Source: Candidatus Omnitrophota bacterium (GTDB lineage Bacteria > Omnitrophota > Gorgyraeia > Gygaellales > Profunditerraquicolaceae). From it: a DNA stretch of 64,000 bases. The translations under genes and the position numbers were made by a program. Below are positions 10,102-20,096 of the stretch, piece after piece. The notes under the pieces are model-generated. The model saw only the letters and a program-made list of their open reading frames with translations, searched no databases and was not told where the DNA came from. The stretch lies in the NCBI GenBank assembly GCA_026387405.1, contig JAPLLV010000057.1, forward strand, positions 1,503 through 65,502. The letters run 5' to 3'. The first letter of the stretch is position 1; each line of letters opens with the position of its first letter.

Positions 10102-10500
10102 ATGAAGAAGATACGGATCCCCGCGCTAAAATCTTTAGTGCGGGGTTTTACTTTAATAGAGATACTGATATCACTTTCTATCTTAGCTCTGGGGATCGTG
10201 ATTATGTTCAGCCTTTTTCCTTTATCTCTGCGTTCCCTGACCTATAGCCGGAAGCTCACCGAGGTTTATTTCCTGGCAGAGAAAAAGATGGAGGAGTATA
10301 AGTCCGTAGAAAATAAAACGACGATAGAAGCGGCGAGCGGCATTGACGGGGATTTACGCTGGAACGCAAATCCCAAAAGTTTGCAGCTTGGGGAGGGACT
10401 GGACGTGATTTATCTTGAGCTTGATATCAACTATGATTTTATGGGGCATGCTGAAAAGCAGAGGTTCGGCACCTACTTTTTTAAGGAGTGCAATTGTTAA
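10102..10500 (+). CDS. Prepilin-type (minor pseudopilin, GspI/PilV-like) protein
   Basis: GFTLIEILISLSILALG N-terminal methylation motif. Confidence 0.85.
   Translation: MKKIRIPALKSLVRGFTLIEILISLSILALGIVIMFSLFPLSLRSLTYSRKLTEVYFLAEKKMEEYKSVENKTTIEAASGIDGDLRWNANPKSLQLGEGLDVIYLELDINYDFMGHAEKQRFGTYFFKECNC
10119..10145. repeat. CCCCGC...GCGGGG hairpin element inside the prepilin leader
   Basis: CCCCGCGCTAAA-ATC-TTTAGTGCGGGG; the right arm overlaps the Gly codon of GFTLIE. Confidence 0.6.
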
Positions 10501-10502
10501 GG

Positions 10503-13179
10503 ATGGGTAAGTCCGGTCAGGCTGTAGTGGTTGTCATAGCCATACTTTCGATTATTTTTATCGCGGGGATCGCATTTTATGTGCTCTCTCAGGCGGAGAG
10601 GACCGCGAGCATGCGGCACCTGGACAGCCTGCGCTCCAGATACATAGCTGAGGCAGGCGTGGTCTATGCCCAAAAAGTTTTGGAATTGGACAGAAAAGAA
10701 AATCTCATTGATTCAGCCAAGGACAGATGGTTTACAAATTTTGCCGGCAGCGATGTGGATATAGACGGCGATAATATCCCCGAGAGCCGCTGGATAGAGA
10801 TGCCCGACAGCGAAGGAAAGTCTTTTGGGCGTTTCCCGCCGCCCGTTGAACGCGATTGAGCAGGTGGGAGCGGTCCTGGGGACAAAGGATTTTAACCTGG
10901 TCAAGGATTCTATCACCGTATATTCTAAAGACCCGGAAATAGACGTGAGCCGCAAAAGGAGGGTCTACTTAAACAGTTTATGGCCTCAAAAAGCCCTGGA
11001 ATCGTTTTTAATCAAGGGTGTCAAAGATGCATTTCAGAAAGCCGCGAACTTAAAAGACGCCATCGATACTGATCTAAGCCAAACGCAGCTGATAAAATTT
11101 TCTTTATCTAATCTTGGGCCGTCTGCTCTTGTCGAGGGAGGCGGATGGTCCAGGGTGGGGAACTATTATCAGGCCTTGCGGGGGACAGCGGAAGGTAAAT
11201 TCTCCTGGAGCGGGTTAGCGGTTGATGACGGGGAGTATTATTGTTTTTTCAATGCCCCGGATAACGAAGATACCGTGGGAGAGGTAATTGTCGATGATAG
11301 CGATACGGGCGCCTTGATCCTTTCCGGAGAAGGCCCGGGTAAAAAGGTTAAGGTATCCGGCGGGGCCTTTACCGTGCGCATCAGGCCTTCTAAAGACACG
11401 GATTGCCGGTTTTTGAATATTGAGCTGTCCGACATGATCCCGCGTAATGGCTTACAGAGAAAAGTGGTCAGCGGGACCGAGGCATTAGTGATCAATGAAC
11501 TAATGGTAAAGCTTGCAGCGGAATTTACGTCAGGGACAATTTCAATTACGCCGGGGCAGGATTATAAACATGTATTTTCCGGTGTAAGGGTGGGATCATT
11601 TCATTTACAAATAAAGGCAGGTACCGCCGGCGCGACAGTGGGCGATGTCACGGTAAACGGACAGACCGCAAGTAATATGCACGACGGAGATTATTTTCCG
11701 TCTGTGGTGCATGTGGATTGCGATGACCCAAAAAATAATACAGGGCCGCTAACGCTTGAGATAAGGAATAATTCTGTTTCGAACACCTCTTTCGGCGGCA
11801 TCAAGGTCCTGCAGGAACCCGACGCGGAATACGTCGAGATACTTAATCTTTCCGGAGACACTATTGATTTGAGCAATTTTGTCCTGGTAGTTTATAACAG
11901 TTCAGGGGATCTCGTGCCGGGGTGGCCTGCTACTATACCCAAGGGCGCCAAGATCGATCCCTACCAAGAGCTGGTGTTGGCGGTAGATAGTAATGACGGT
12001 TCTCCCGCTCCGGTTAATCTTAGGAGTAATGGGATCTCGTTTCAATCGGTATGGGGCACGACTGCCACAGGCCTTATCTTTGAAGAGCAGGGTATTATCG
12101 ATAAGCGTTTTGATGCGCTTCCCGATGCCGGAGGAATGGTTATGTTGTGCAACGCGCAGGGAGAGCGTATCGATGCGGTTAAATACGCGGCTCAGTCGCC
12201 CGGATTCACAAGCCTGGAACGCGGTGATCCCAGCGCCGCCGGTGATTCCGACGGCGACGGCCTGTTTGACTTATGGTATATCGGTTCGCAAAAAGAACTG
12301 CACGCTACGCCCGGGAGCGTGAATGAGAATGCCGGGACATACACCATTGATAAGACTACAGGCGAGGCGATTAAACATTATCCCACCGAGGTCAAGGTCT
12401 TTAACCATCCGCTTTCGAACCTTACCGACGTGTTGCAGTTATCATCCGGGCAGGCCTGGAAGAAATTTACTATTTCCGACCTGGCCCAGATGGTGGACCA
12501 TTTTGCCTATGAGGCGCTTAATTTCGATCTTGTCGGCCATTATAAAGAGGGAGATTTCCTGGAGCGCAGCGGGGCATTCGAATCGCGCCACCAGGGTGAA
12601 AGCGGAACTTGGGAGTTTACCGATATCGCGCGCGGAGATTATCTATTGACTATTCTCGGGGATGAGAGCACGCAGTTCTCGGGAAACGAGAAAGTGCAGG
12701 TTTCATTAAAGACCGGCAGCCAGCAGGACTTTACACCCGCCGCAACGATCTTCTTTACCACGCAGGGGATTATATTTTACGGCAAAATAGAATTCTTGAA
12801 AAACCCTTCGCAGCTGACTTTAAAGATTGTCAATAACACCGAAACAAGGATAGCTATAAAATCAATACAGCTTGAGCCGATTTATGTGACACCCGGCCGT
12901 ATCAATGTGAATACCGCCAGGGCCGAAGTCTTACGCGGCATCTTGGGATCGGATTCGCTGGTGCAGACGGTGATAAAAAACCGGCCTATCGGCGCTAAGG
13001 ATAGCAGGAAACTGGGGGTGGGGGACCTGTTTTTGCTGGATTCAAGTTTCCTGGCTTTTCACAACTACCTTACCGTAAAATCCGATGTCTATGAAATAAG
13101 ATGTCGGGGTGAATACCATCCCATAGATAAGATTTTGGCCACCCTGAATATCCGTTCTGTAGTAGAGCGGGGGGAATAG
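10503..13179 (+). pseudogene. Large GspK/PilX-like minor pseudopilin with a lamin-tail-like domain and beta-sandwich inserts; split by a frameshift/deletion near 10835
   Basis: ORF 10503..10859 has a GspK/PilX N-terminus (GQAVVVVIAILSII...RSRYIAEAGV). ORF 10825..13179 carries the LTD-like LVINELM...EYVEILNLSGDTIDLS and the GspK-like GRINVNTARAEVL...TVKSDVYEI. The two ORFs overlap in different frames. Confidence 0.65.
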
Positions 13180-13390
13180 TAATTTCCATCCGATTCATAA
13201 CTCCTTGTAAATAAAGAAGTTTAGGTCCTCTTCAAACAAAGCCTACCATTTCTTCCGATGCATTTTTTATAGCATTAGCGTGTGCCGAATCATATTCTTC
13301 ACATCACCTGTTGCTTTTCGTTCGCGTCGGGACATTGTTCGCGCACGAATTTTTTCGCCGTGCACTACGGCTTATGGCTCGATTCTGAGT

Positions 13391-13432
13391 TCTAGACCCG
13401 CGGTGGAAAGATGCTTCCACCGCGGGTCTGGA
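13391..13432. repeat. REP family A doublet (REPIN-like): inverted pair of TCCAGACCCGCGGTGGA
   Basis: TCTAGACCCGCGGTGGA-8 nt-TCCACCGCGGGTCTGGA; the same layout occurs at 25946-25987. Confidence 0.85.
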
Positions 13433-13441
13433 ACTGGTCCA

Positions 13442-13545
13442 TATTGTTCGAGCGAGCCCTGAGCGAAGCGAAGGGCGAGTCGAGAACAGGCTCTGTTACT
13501 TCTCGACTCCGGCCTCGCTTACGCTCGGCCTTCGCTCGAAGAATA
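13442..13545. repeat. Palindromic repeat family D (TTCGAGCG...GTCGAGAA / TTCTCGACT...CGCTCGAA)
   Basis: Inverted arms; related copies at ~19960-20050, 49201-49295 and 59905-60012. Confidence 0.75.
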
Positions 13546-13612
13546 AAAAAGCCGCCGAGTCCCTACCGGAATGACTGTTTCAAAGAAAGGAAAAACCCGC
13601 CGAAAAAAAAGC

Positions 13613-13700
13613 TTGACAAATCGTAAAAAAATACATAAGATAGTGTCACTTCGTATCAAATATGTTCAAAGTATATCAAATAGGTTAAGAGAGGTTCAAA
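13613..13700 (+). promoter_or_regulatory. Sigma70 promoter plus five 10-bp-period direct repeats (candidate operator)
   Basis: TTGACA 13613, 17-nt spacer, TAAGAT 13636. Repeats TCGTATCAAA/TATGTTCAAA/GTATATCAAA/TAGGTTAAGA/GAGGTTCAAA at 13651-13700. Confidence 0.65.
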
Positions 13701-13741
13701 GCATGCAAGACATTAACGATTATTTCCTAAAGGAGGTTGAG

Positions 13742-13924
13742 ATGCAAAAGGCATACCTGTCTACACAGGAGGTCGCTAAGGTCCTGGGGATATCCAAGCA
13801 GACCCTCCTGCGCTACGAAAAGAGGAAGATCTTCCCTAAGCCGAAACGTAACCTCATCAACAAACGCAGGGAATATTCCATCCAGGATATCGAAAAGTTA
13901 AAGACGATCATAGGGAGGAGATAA
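13742..13924 (+). CDS. Small MerR-like/BldC-like HTH DNA-binding protein (alternative start 13703)
   Basis: YLSTQEVAKVLGISKQTLLRYEKRKIFPKPKRN..NKRREYS; GGAGGT ribosome-binding site; no effector domain. Confidence 0.8.
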   Translation: MQKAYLSTQEVAKVLGISKQTLLRYEKRKIFPKPKRNLINKRREYSIQDIEKLKTIIGRR

Positions 13925-13932
13925 TTACGCCG

Positions 13933-15453
13933 ATGGGATTCCTCCAGCAGAAGAGGATAATGAGCCTGGACATCGATGAGTCTTTCGTCGTGGCTAGAGA
14001 ATTGACAAAGAGAGGCGCTCGTATATCACTGGGGCGCCACAGCACCCTATCCAGCCTAAGCGAACTTATAAAAGACCCCTCGCTTAAGTTTAAAGATGAA
14101 GGCGTAGTCATTAACGCCCCGACCCAGATCGTATACTTTCGCAGCTTCGCTATTAACCCTGGGTTATCGAAATTATTGAAATTGAAAAACAGAAAGTCCC
14201 GGGAAAAAGAAATATCGACTTTTATTGCCCGGCAGAATCTTCCCATAAAATTAGAGGAGTGCTACTGGACCATATTCATTCTAAATGACAACTTGAATCT
14301 TGTCGCTGCCAGAAAAGAGATCATAGAGAGGCATATCGCAATAGTGGAAAACCTGGGATTGAGGGTAGTAGGGGTTATACCTTCGATCGTGTCGCTGTAC
14401 AATGTCTTTATATATAATTATCCAAAGAATAAGAACCGGTTTGCCCTTTTGAATATAAAGAGTTCCGCGAGCGATATGATCATCTATGAGGCCAGGCATT
14501 TATGGATATGCCCTATTTCTGTAGGGTCTCATACGCTAAGACAGGATGAATCTGCGGGGGAGAAATTCTCTCTGGAGATCCAGCGCACTCTCAATTCTTA
14601 CTATATACAGAATAACGCCAGGGAAAAGAGTATTCTTCCGTTTTACCTAAGCGGCCAGGATCTGTTTTCGAGCCTGGCATTCTCCCTGAAAAAGGCCCTG
14701 GGAGAGGTCGAGCTTATAGAATTCGAGCCTTTTAAAAATGTCGTCTTCCCGAAAGATTCCAAGGTTAACCGCCAGGTAAGCACCTTGAGCCTGGGGTTAG
14801 GCATTACGTATTTCCGGATGCCGCAAACGATAAATGTCAATCTCCTCCGGGAGAAGATGCTTAAGGCGCAGCATCTTAACCAGGTTAAATTATTTAAAAA
14901 GATATCCATACCGCTTATGATAATCAGTGTTTTGATCCTGGGGCTGGTGAATATCAACCTTATAAAAGATGTTAAGGATCAGATTTCATTATATAAGCAA
15001 AGTAATTTATATGTTTCTAAGATTTTGCCTGAATTGAAATTGCTAAAGTCTCAGAAGGATAAGTATCAGAAACCCCTGGATTTCCTGCGCGGCAGGCTCA
15101 ACCGCCAGATACTTTTCCTCAAGGCGCTGGCTGCTATTTCTGAAGGCAGGCCTAAGACCGCGGAGATAAGGGAATTTTCTGCCGAGGTGAAGGACGCAAA
15201 ATTGCAGGTCCTTCTTTCCGGTACCGGGCCGTCATACGCCGAGATCAACGAGTTCCTGAATAATATCAGGAAAAACGAAGAGATCAAAGAGACTAAGATC
15301 ATTGCTTCAAGCGCTGCGGGAGGCGAGAGTTCCGGAGGGCAGATTAATTTTAAATTACGTTTTGAAATGCCGGTTCCGGAACCAGTCTCGGTTAAGGCGC
15401 AGGCTGAGAATACCACAGCTGTCAAGAATGTGCAAGGAACGGCTAAGAAATGA
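13933..15453 (+). CDS. PilM-PilN-like (GspL-like) fused assembly protein
   Basis: Actin-like PilM pattern (SLDID..., LVAARKE, LNIKSSASDMII), then NVNLL, one TM helix and a PilN-like periplasmic domain; cluster context supports it. Confidence 0.75.
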   Translation: MGFLQQKRIMSLDIDESFVVARELTKRGARISLGRHSTLSSLSELIKDPSLKFKDEGVVINAPTQIVYFRSFAINPGLSKLLKLKNRKSREKEISTFIARQNLPIKLEECYWTIFILNDNLNLVAARKEIIERHIAIVENLGLRVVGVIPSIVSLYNVFIYNYPKNKNRFALLNIKSSASDMIIYEARHLWICPISVGSHTLRQDESAGEKFSLEIQRTLNSYYIQNNAREKSILPFYLSGQDLFSSLAFSLKKALGEVELIEFEPFKNVVFPKDSKVNRQVSTLSLGLGITYFRMPQTINVNLLREKMLKAQHLNQVKLFKKISIPLMIISVLILGLVNINLIKDVKDQISLYKQSNLYVSKILPELKLLKSQKDKYQKPLDFLRGRLNRQILFLKALAAISEGRPKTAEIREFSAEVKDAKLQVLLSGTGPSYAEINEFLNNIRKNEEIKETKIIASSAAGGESSGGQINFKLRFEMPVPEPVSVKAQAENTTAVKNVQGTAKK

Positions 15454-15531
15454 ACCCCGCACCTTCTAAGGCATTCATCGGAGGGCTCGGAGGGATGAGT
15501 AAACTGCTGAATAAAAAAGAAGGTGCGGGGT
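15454..15531. repeat. MITE-like element with a perfect 14-bp inverted repeat
   Basis: ACCCCGCACCTTCT...AGAAGGTGCGGGGT; the right arm contains the GTG start of the next ORF. Confidence 0.7.
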
Positions 15532-16639
15532 GAAAGTTAAGGACGTAAGGCAGACGTTGATCATGGGGCTGGGGACGCTGAACATAGTCCTGCTGGTTGC
15601 GGCGATTTTTTTGGCCGTTCAGATAGGTCTTATGAAGAATAATATTATTAGGAATGACGAGGTTTTAAAGCAGACGTATCCCGGTTTTAATCCCCGGATT
15701 ATTCCGCAGCTAAGAGGGGAGATCGATTATGTCAAGGCAGAGCTGTCCGAGGCGTGTGATTTGTTTGACCCTCAGGATAATTCGCTGCGCAAAGATTATG
15801 ATCTGAGCATCTATTTTGTGGAAGAGCTGAGTAAGGCCAATCGGGCATTAAAGCAAAAGGCCTCTGACAAGCAGCTTAATTTCAGCGAGTTGAATTTCAA
15901 GGAAAAAGTGCCTTCCGATAGGGAGGCTTCTTCCATGATCAATCAATTGCACGGTTTAGAAAAGGCGGTGGACTTAGGGCTTGATTACGGAGTAAATTTT
16001 AAGTCTGTTGAACCGGGTGTAACGGAGAACCTGGATGCGATACCCGGGATAAGGCAGCAGAAGAGCCAGATGAAGATAATGTGTCCCGGCTCTTCCATAA
16101 TGGATTTTATCACCGGAGTAAACCAGGCGGCGCCGTATCTTTCTTTTGATTCGTTTATTTTTTCACTCAAAGGAAGTTATTTCGAAGCGGATCTAAATGT
16201 CGGCCATACTATTTGCGACCGCAAGGCCTTGGACATCGCGCAACCCGCAGAACAACCTAAAAATAAGACGTCTTCTCCCAGCCAGGCGATGAAAGAGCTT
16301 AATGCGAAACAAGAAGACCTGGCTAGGATATTGAAGATCAATAATCCTTTTATGCATGAGGGAGAGCAGAAGAATGAGTCTAAAGAGCAGCCGCAGCCTT
16401 CCGCGCAGCAAAAGAAAGAGAAAACGGATGAAGAGCGTTTTTTCTATCACGGCAAGGCGATATTAAGGTCTAAAGAAGTTGCGGTAATAGAAGATACGGA
16501 AAATCAGGAGACCATTTTTGTCGCGCGGGGAGATAATGTCGGAAATTTTACCCTGAAGGATTTTTCTGAAGATCAGGCGGTGTTAGGGGCATCCAGTCCC
16601 GGCGCTAAGGATGTAGTTATAAAACGGGCAGAAGAATGA
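15530..16639 (+). CDS. PilO/GspM-like protein fused to a PilP/GspC-like C-terminal domain
   Basis: N-terminal TM helix; NPF motif; C-terminal ...VAVIED...TIFVARGDNVGNFTLKDF; lies between PilMN and the secretin. Confidence 0.6.
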   Translation: MKVKDVRQTLIMGLGTLNIVLLVAAIFLAVQIGLMKNNIIRNDEVLKQTYPGFNPRIIPQLRGEIDYVKAELSEACDLFDPQDNSLRKDYDLSIYFVEELSKANRALKQKASDKQLNFSELNFKEKVPSDREASSMINQLHGLEKAVDLGLDYGVNFKSVEPGVTENLDAIPGIRQQKSQMKIMCPGSSIMDFITGVNQAAPYLSFDSFIFSLKGSYFEADLNVGHTICDRKALDIAQPAEQPKNKTSSPSQAMKELNAKQEDLARILKINNPFMHEGEQKNESKEQPQPSAQQKKEKTDEERFFYHGKAILRSKEVAVIEDTENQETIFVARGDNVGNFTLKDFSEDQAVLGASSPGAKDVVIKRAEE

Positions 16640-19600
16640 GATATAAAAGCTATCTAAATTTTCGTCATTGCGAGCCCCGAAGGGGCGAAGCAATCAAATC
16701 TGAGATTGCTTCGTTTCGCTCGCAACCTTCGGGATTGCTTCGTCGCCTGCGGCTCCTCGCAATGACGATACCGATAATTTTCTCCCTGTTGTTAGGCCAT
16801 TCTGCGGCAGTTGAGAATGTGGCGACTGGTGATAATGTGACAGAGCTTAAGTTGGCCAAGGAGTTGGCCAGGCAGGAAACTCAAACCAAGAAAGAAGATC
16901 TGCGCCGCCAAAAAGAGGACGAGAAGAGGCGTAAGCTCCAGGCGCAGGCCAAAGAAAAACAAGAATTGCGTAGACAAAAGATATCGCAAAAGAAACGGCA
17001 GCAGGAAGAATTGCAGGCTAAAAAAGAACAGCAGAAAAGGCAATTAGAAGAGTCTAAGGAAGAGGAGTTGGCGCGGGAACGCGAGCGCCAGTGGCAATTG
17101 GCCGAGGAGCAACGGCAGCTGCAGGAGGATCTCGAAGAGAGAGGCCTGCAGGAAAAGAGGCACAAAGATGCGCAGGAGCAGCTAAAAGAAGATGTCCGGC
17201 AGGCAGACAAGCAAAAAGCAGAGGAGCTCCGGCAGCAGTTGGCTGATCAAAAGAAATATGAGCAGTATGAATTAATGCAACAAAAAGATGAAGAGGCGAA
17301 GAGGCTGGAGGAGCTCAGGGAACAGATAAAGGTCAGGGACGAAAGGCATATCTGGCAATTGGCCCAGGATAGAAAAGAATTAGAGCACCAGTTAGCCGCC
17401 GCGGATCTGGAGCGGCAGTTAAAACAGGAGGCGGCGCAAAAGGCAAAGGAACAGGCCAGGTTAGAAGCCCGGGTCAGGGAAGAAGACCGCCGGAAGCAAG
17501 AGGAGATCCAAAGACAGCAAAGGATAGATCAGCTGGCCGGGCAGAAGAAGCTGCAAGAGAAGAAGCAGCAGGAATTAAAGGCCGAGGTCGGCCTTAAAGA
17601 AGAGGTGCGCCGCAGCAGGGAGATGGAAGAGAGGCAACATACTTATGATGAGCTGGCCCAACGGCGCGTAGCGCAGTTAAATAGATTGGAATTCGCCCGG
17701 CTGAGCAGGGAAGAGGCCGAAGCCGAATTAAAGATCAAACATGAAGAGAAGTTAAAAGCGGAGGTTTTAGAGAAGCTGCGCAGGGAAGAAGGACAGGGAC
17801 AGATAGTCCAGGAGCGCTTGCAAAAAGAAGAAACGGCGAGGCAGAAGAGGGAGATTGGGCTGTCTGTTACCAAAGAAGAAGCCGCTAAAACTATTAAAGA
17901 GGCAAAGGCCGGGGAAGAAGAACGCTTGAAAAATATAACAGAAGAAAAAAAGCGCCGGTCGGAAGAAGCTGTCCAGAAGAAACAAGAAGAGCTAAAAATT
18001 TTGGCTGCCGCCAGAGAGCGCCGGGAGCGGGAATTGAAGGCAAAACAAGGGGGGTTGGCCGCGAAAGAGAAAGAACTACAGGAGAAACTCAAAGCCTCTG
18101 CCCTTGAAGCAGTGCAGGGCAAGGCCATGACCGAGGTGATGCTGGCCAAACAACGCGAGGACAACGCCAAGATAAATAAAATCGAGCATCTCTGGCGTAA
18201 ATCCAGGAAACTCTACGCCGAAGCGAAATACGAAGAGGCCATAAAAATGTTCCAGGAGATCATAGTCCTTGAAGGAAACCCGCGCGTAAAATACACCCCT
18301 TACGCCAAGATGTATTTAGAGAAGGCCCAGCAGAAGATCGAAGAACAAAAGAAATACGCGGCCGAACAGAATATAGCGCTGATGGATAATGAAATGAGCC
18401 GCCAGGTGCTCACCAAACAGATGCCTCCATACCTCGAACCTCCGCAGAAGACCGAGATCAAGGGTTTCACGGACGAGGAGCGCCTGATCGAGATGTCGCC
18501 TGTCAGGAAGACACTGCAGAAGAAGATCACCTTGGATTTCGACAAGTTAGATTTAAAAACGGTGATTGCCTTTTTATCGCAGGAGTCCGGGGTAAATATT
18601 ATCGCCTCGCAGAAAGTTCTGGAGATGGGGCTTAAGGTGACCGCGCGTTTCAAGGATACCGCCGCCGAGGAGGCGGTAAAATATATAACCAAGAGTTTAG
18701 GCCTTATCTACCGTATTGATAAAGACCTGATTTGGATCGCCCACCCGGAGGAGATCGCCAAGGAACCCCTTGAGACCCGGGTATATTATCTGAATAAGGG
18801 GGCGGGTTTATTTACGGAATTTTCCCCTATCTCGTCAGGTTCTTCAAGCGGCGAAACAAGCCTTGGAGGCAGTTCCGCGCAGATCACCAAAGTCCGCACC
18901 CTGGAAGATACCCTGAAGGACGCGATCCCCTGGCCTTCGGATTCCAAGCTTGTTTATGACAAGCGCGTGAACGCGCTCCTGGCGCGTAATACCCCGCAGA
19001 ATTTGCAGATGCTGGAAGATATACTTTTCAGCGTAGATGTCACGCCCTACCAGATCCTTATCGAGGCCAGGTTCATTGAAGTCGAAGTCGACGATACCAA
19101 GGAGTTTGGTTTGGAATGGCAATTCAACAACGATTTCGCGCTCACGTCCGCGTCTAATAAAGGCGGCAAAGCCAAAACCGTTATTACGAAGAATAGCGGT
19201 GTTGATTTCTCTACTTTCGCCCGCGCCGCAGAAGGATTAAACTTTACTTATCAGGGGTTGTTGACTAACCCGCAATTCCAGACCGTCTTACACGCGCTTT
19301 CAGAATCAAAGAAGATCAAGACCCTTTCTTGTCCGCGCATAACTACCTTGAACAATCAGCTGGCTACGATGAAGGTGGTTGACGAATGGATCTATCCCAC
19401 GCGGTATGAGTATGAAATTGTCCAGGTGGATTTAAACGGCGACGGGCTTTTTACCGGGGCGGGTGAGACGACATACAAAAACGTGCCCAAGGATTTCTTG
19501 CGGCGCGATGTGGGTATCCTGCTTAAGGTGGTTCCTTCCATGGGCTCGGATAGAAAGACCATCAGCCTTTCCTTGATCCCGGAAGTAAGCGAAGGTACTG

Positions 19601-19890
19601 CCGATGGGTTCACTTATGCCGGAGACGTAACGCTTCCAAAATTCACCTCGCGCAACCTTTCAACGACGGTTGTGGTCCAGAGCGGGGATACGGTAGTTTT
19701 GGGAGGACTAATTAAAGAGAGCCGCACGAAGACAACGACCAAGGTTCCGCTCTTGGGAGACGTGCCCTTTCTGGGTAATTTTTTTAGGAAGAACACCGAC
19801 AGCATTGCGCGCAAGAACCTGATAATTTTTGTGACCGCGAAAGTCCTTTCTCCCTCCGGGGAAGAAGTGGTAATGGCGCAGAAGAGATGA
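16636..19890 (+). CDS. gspD: Secretin (GspD/PilQ family) with a ~480-aa charged coiled-coil N-terminal region and a TPR-like segment
   Basis: QILIEARFIEV, LSCPRITTLNNQ, VGILLKVVP, GDTVVLGGLI, KVPLLGDVPFLGNFFR, NLIIFVT. Confidence 0.9.
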   Translation: MRYKSYLNFRHCEPRRGEAIKSEIASFRSQPSGLLRRLRLLAMTIPIIFSLLLGHSAAVENVATGDNVTELKLAKELARQETQTKKEDLRRQKEDEKRRKLQAQAKEKQELRRQKISQKKRQQEELQAKKEQQKRQLEESKEEELARERERQWQLAEEQRQLQEDLEERGLQEKRHKDAQEQLKEDVRQADKQKAEELRQQLADQKKYEQYELMQQKDEEAKRLEELREQIKVRDERHIWQLAQDRKELEHQLAAADLERQLKQEAAQKAKEQARLEARVREEDRRKQEEIQRQQRIDQLAGQKKLQEKKQQELKAEVGLKEEVRRSREMEERQHTYDELAQRRVAQLNRLEFARLSREEAEAELKIKHEEKLKAEVLEKLRREEGQGQIVQERLQKEETARQKREIGLSVTKEEAAKTIKEAKAGEEERLKNITEEKKRRSEEAVQKKQEELKILAAARERRERELKAKQGGLAAKEKELQEKLKASALEAVQGKAMTEVMLAKQREDNAKINKIEHLWRKSRKLYAEAKYEEAIKMFQEIIVLEGNPRVKYTPYAKMYLEKAQQKIEEQKKYAAEQNIALMDNEMSRQVLTKQMPPYLEPPQKTEIKGFTDEERLIEMSPVRKTLQKKITLDFDKLDLKTVIAFLSQESGVNIIASQKVLEMGLKVTARFKDTAAEEAVKYITKSLGLIYRIDKDLIWIAHPEEIAKEPLETRVYYLNKGAGLFTEFSPISSGSSSGETSLGGSSAQITKVRTLEDTLKDAIPWPSDSKLVYDKRVNALLARNTPQNLQMLEDILFSVDVTPYQILIEARFIEVEVDDTKEFGLEWQFNNDFALTSASNKGGKAKTVITKNSGVDFSTFARAAEGLNFTYQGLLTNPQFQTVLHALSESKKIKTLSCPRITTLNNQLATMKVVDEWIYPTRYEYEIVQVDLNGDGLFTGAGETTYKNVPKDFLRRDVGILLKVVPSMGSDRKTISLSLIPEVSEGTADGFTYAGDVTLPKFTSRNLSTTVVVQSGDTVVLGGLIKESRTKTTTKVPLLGDVPFLGNFFRKNTDSIARKNLIIFVTAKVLSPSGEEVVMAQKR
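16663..16767. repeat. CGTC-tagged palindromic element (family B), 105 bp, in frame in the secretin signal peptide
   Basis: CGTCATTGCGAG...GAAGCAATC...GATTGCTTC...CTCGCAATGACG. Confidence 0.85.
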
Positions 19891-19894
19891 AATT

Positions 19895-20050
19895 GTCATT
19901 GCGAACCCCCAAAGGGGGTGAAGCAATCACGTTTGAGATTGCCGCGTCGCCTGCGGCTCCTCGCTCGAACAATATAGTTTATTCTTCGAGCGGAGCGAAC
20001 GAAGTGAGCGTAGTCGAGAAGATAAAATTGTCGGTTCGCTCGAACAGTAT
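19895..20050. repeat. Composite family B / family D intergenic repeat
   Basis: A GTCATTGCGAACC...GAAGCAATC start joined to a family D segment; 19981-20022 is identical to 59971-60012. Confidence 0.8.
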
Positions 20051-20096
20051 TCTTGGGGTTAAGCAACAAATTCTATGATTAGGAGATTTCATAACG

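Noticed and set aside
13280-13626. Small ORFs 13280..13462, 13411..13626, and likewise 19887..20078
   Set aside because: They are translations of palindromic repeat DNA with no protein-family signal.
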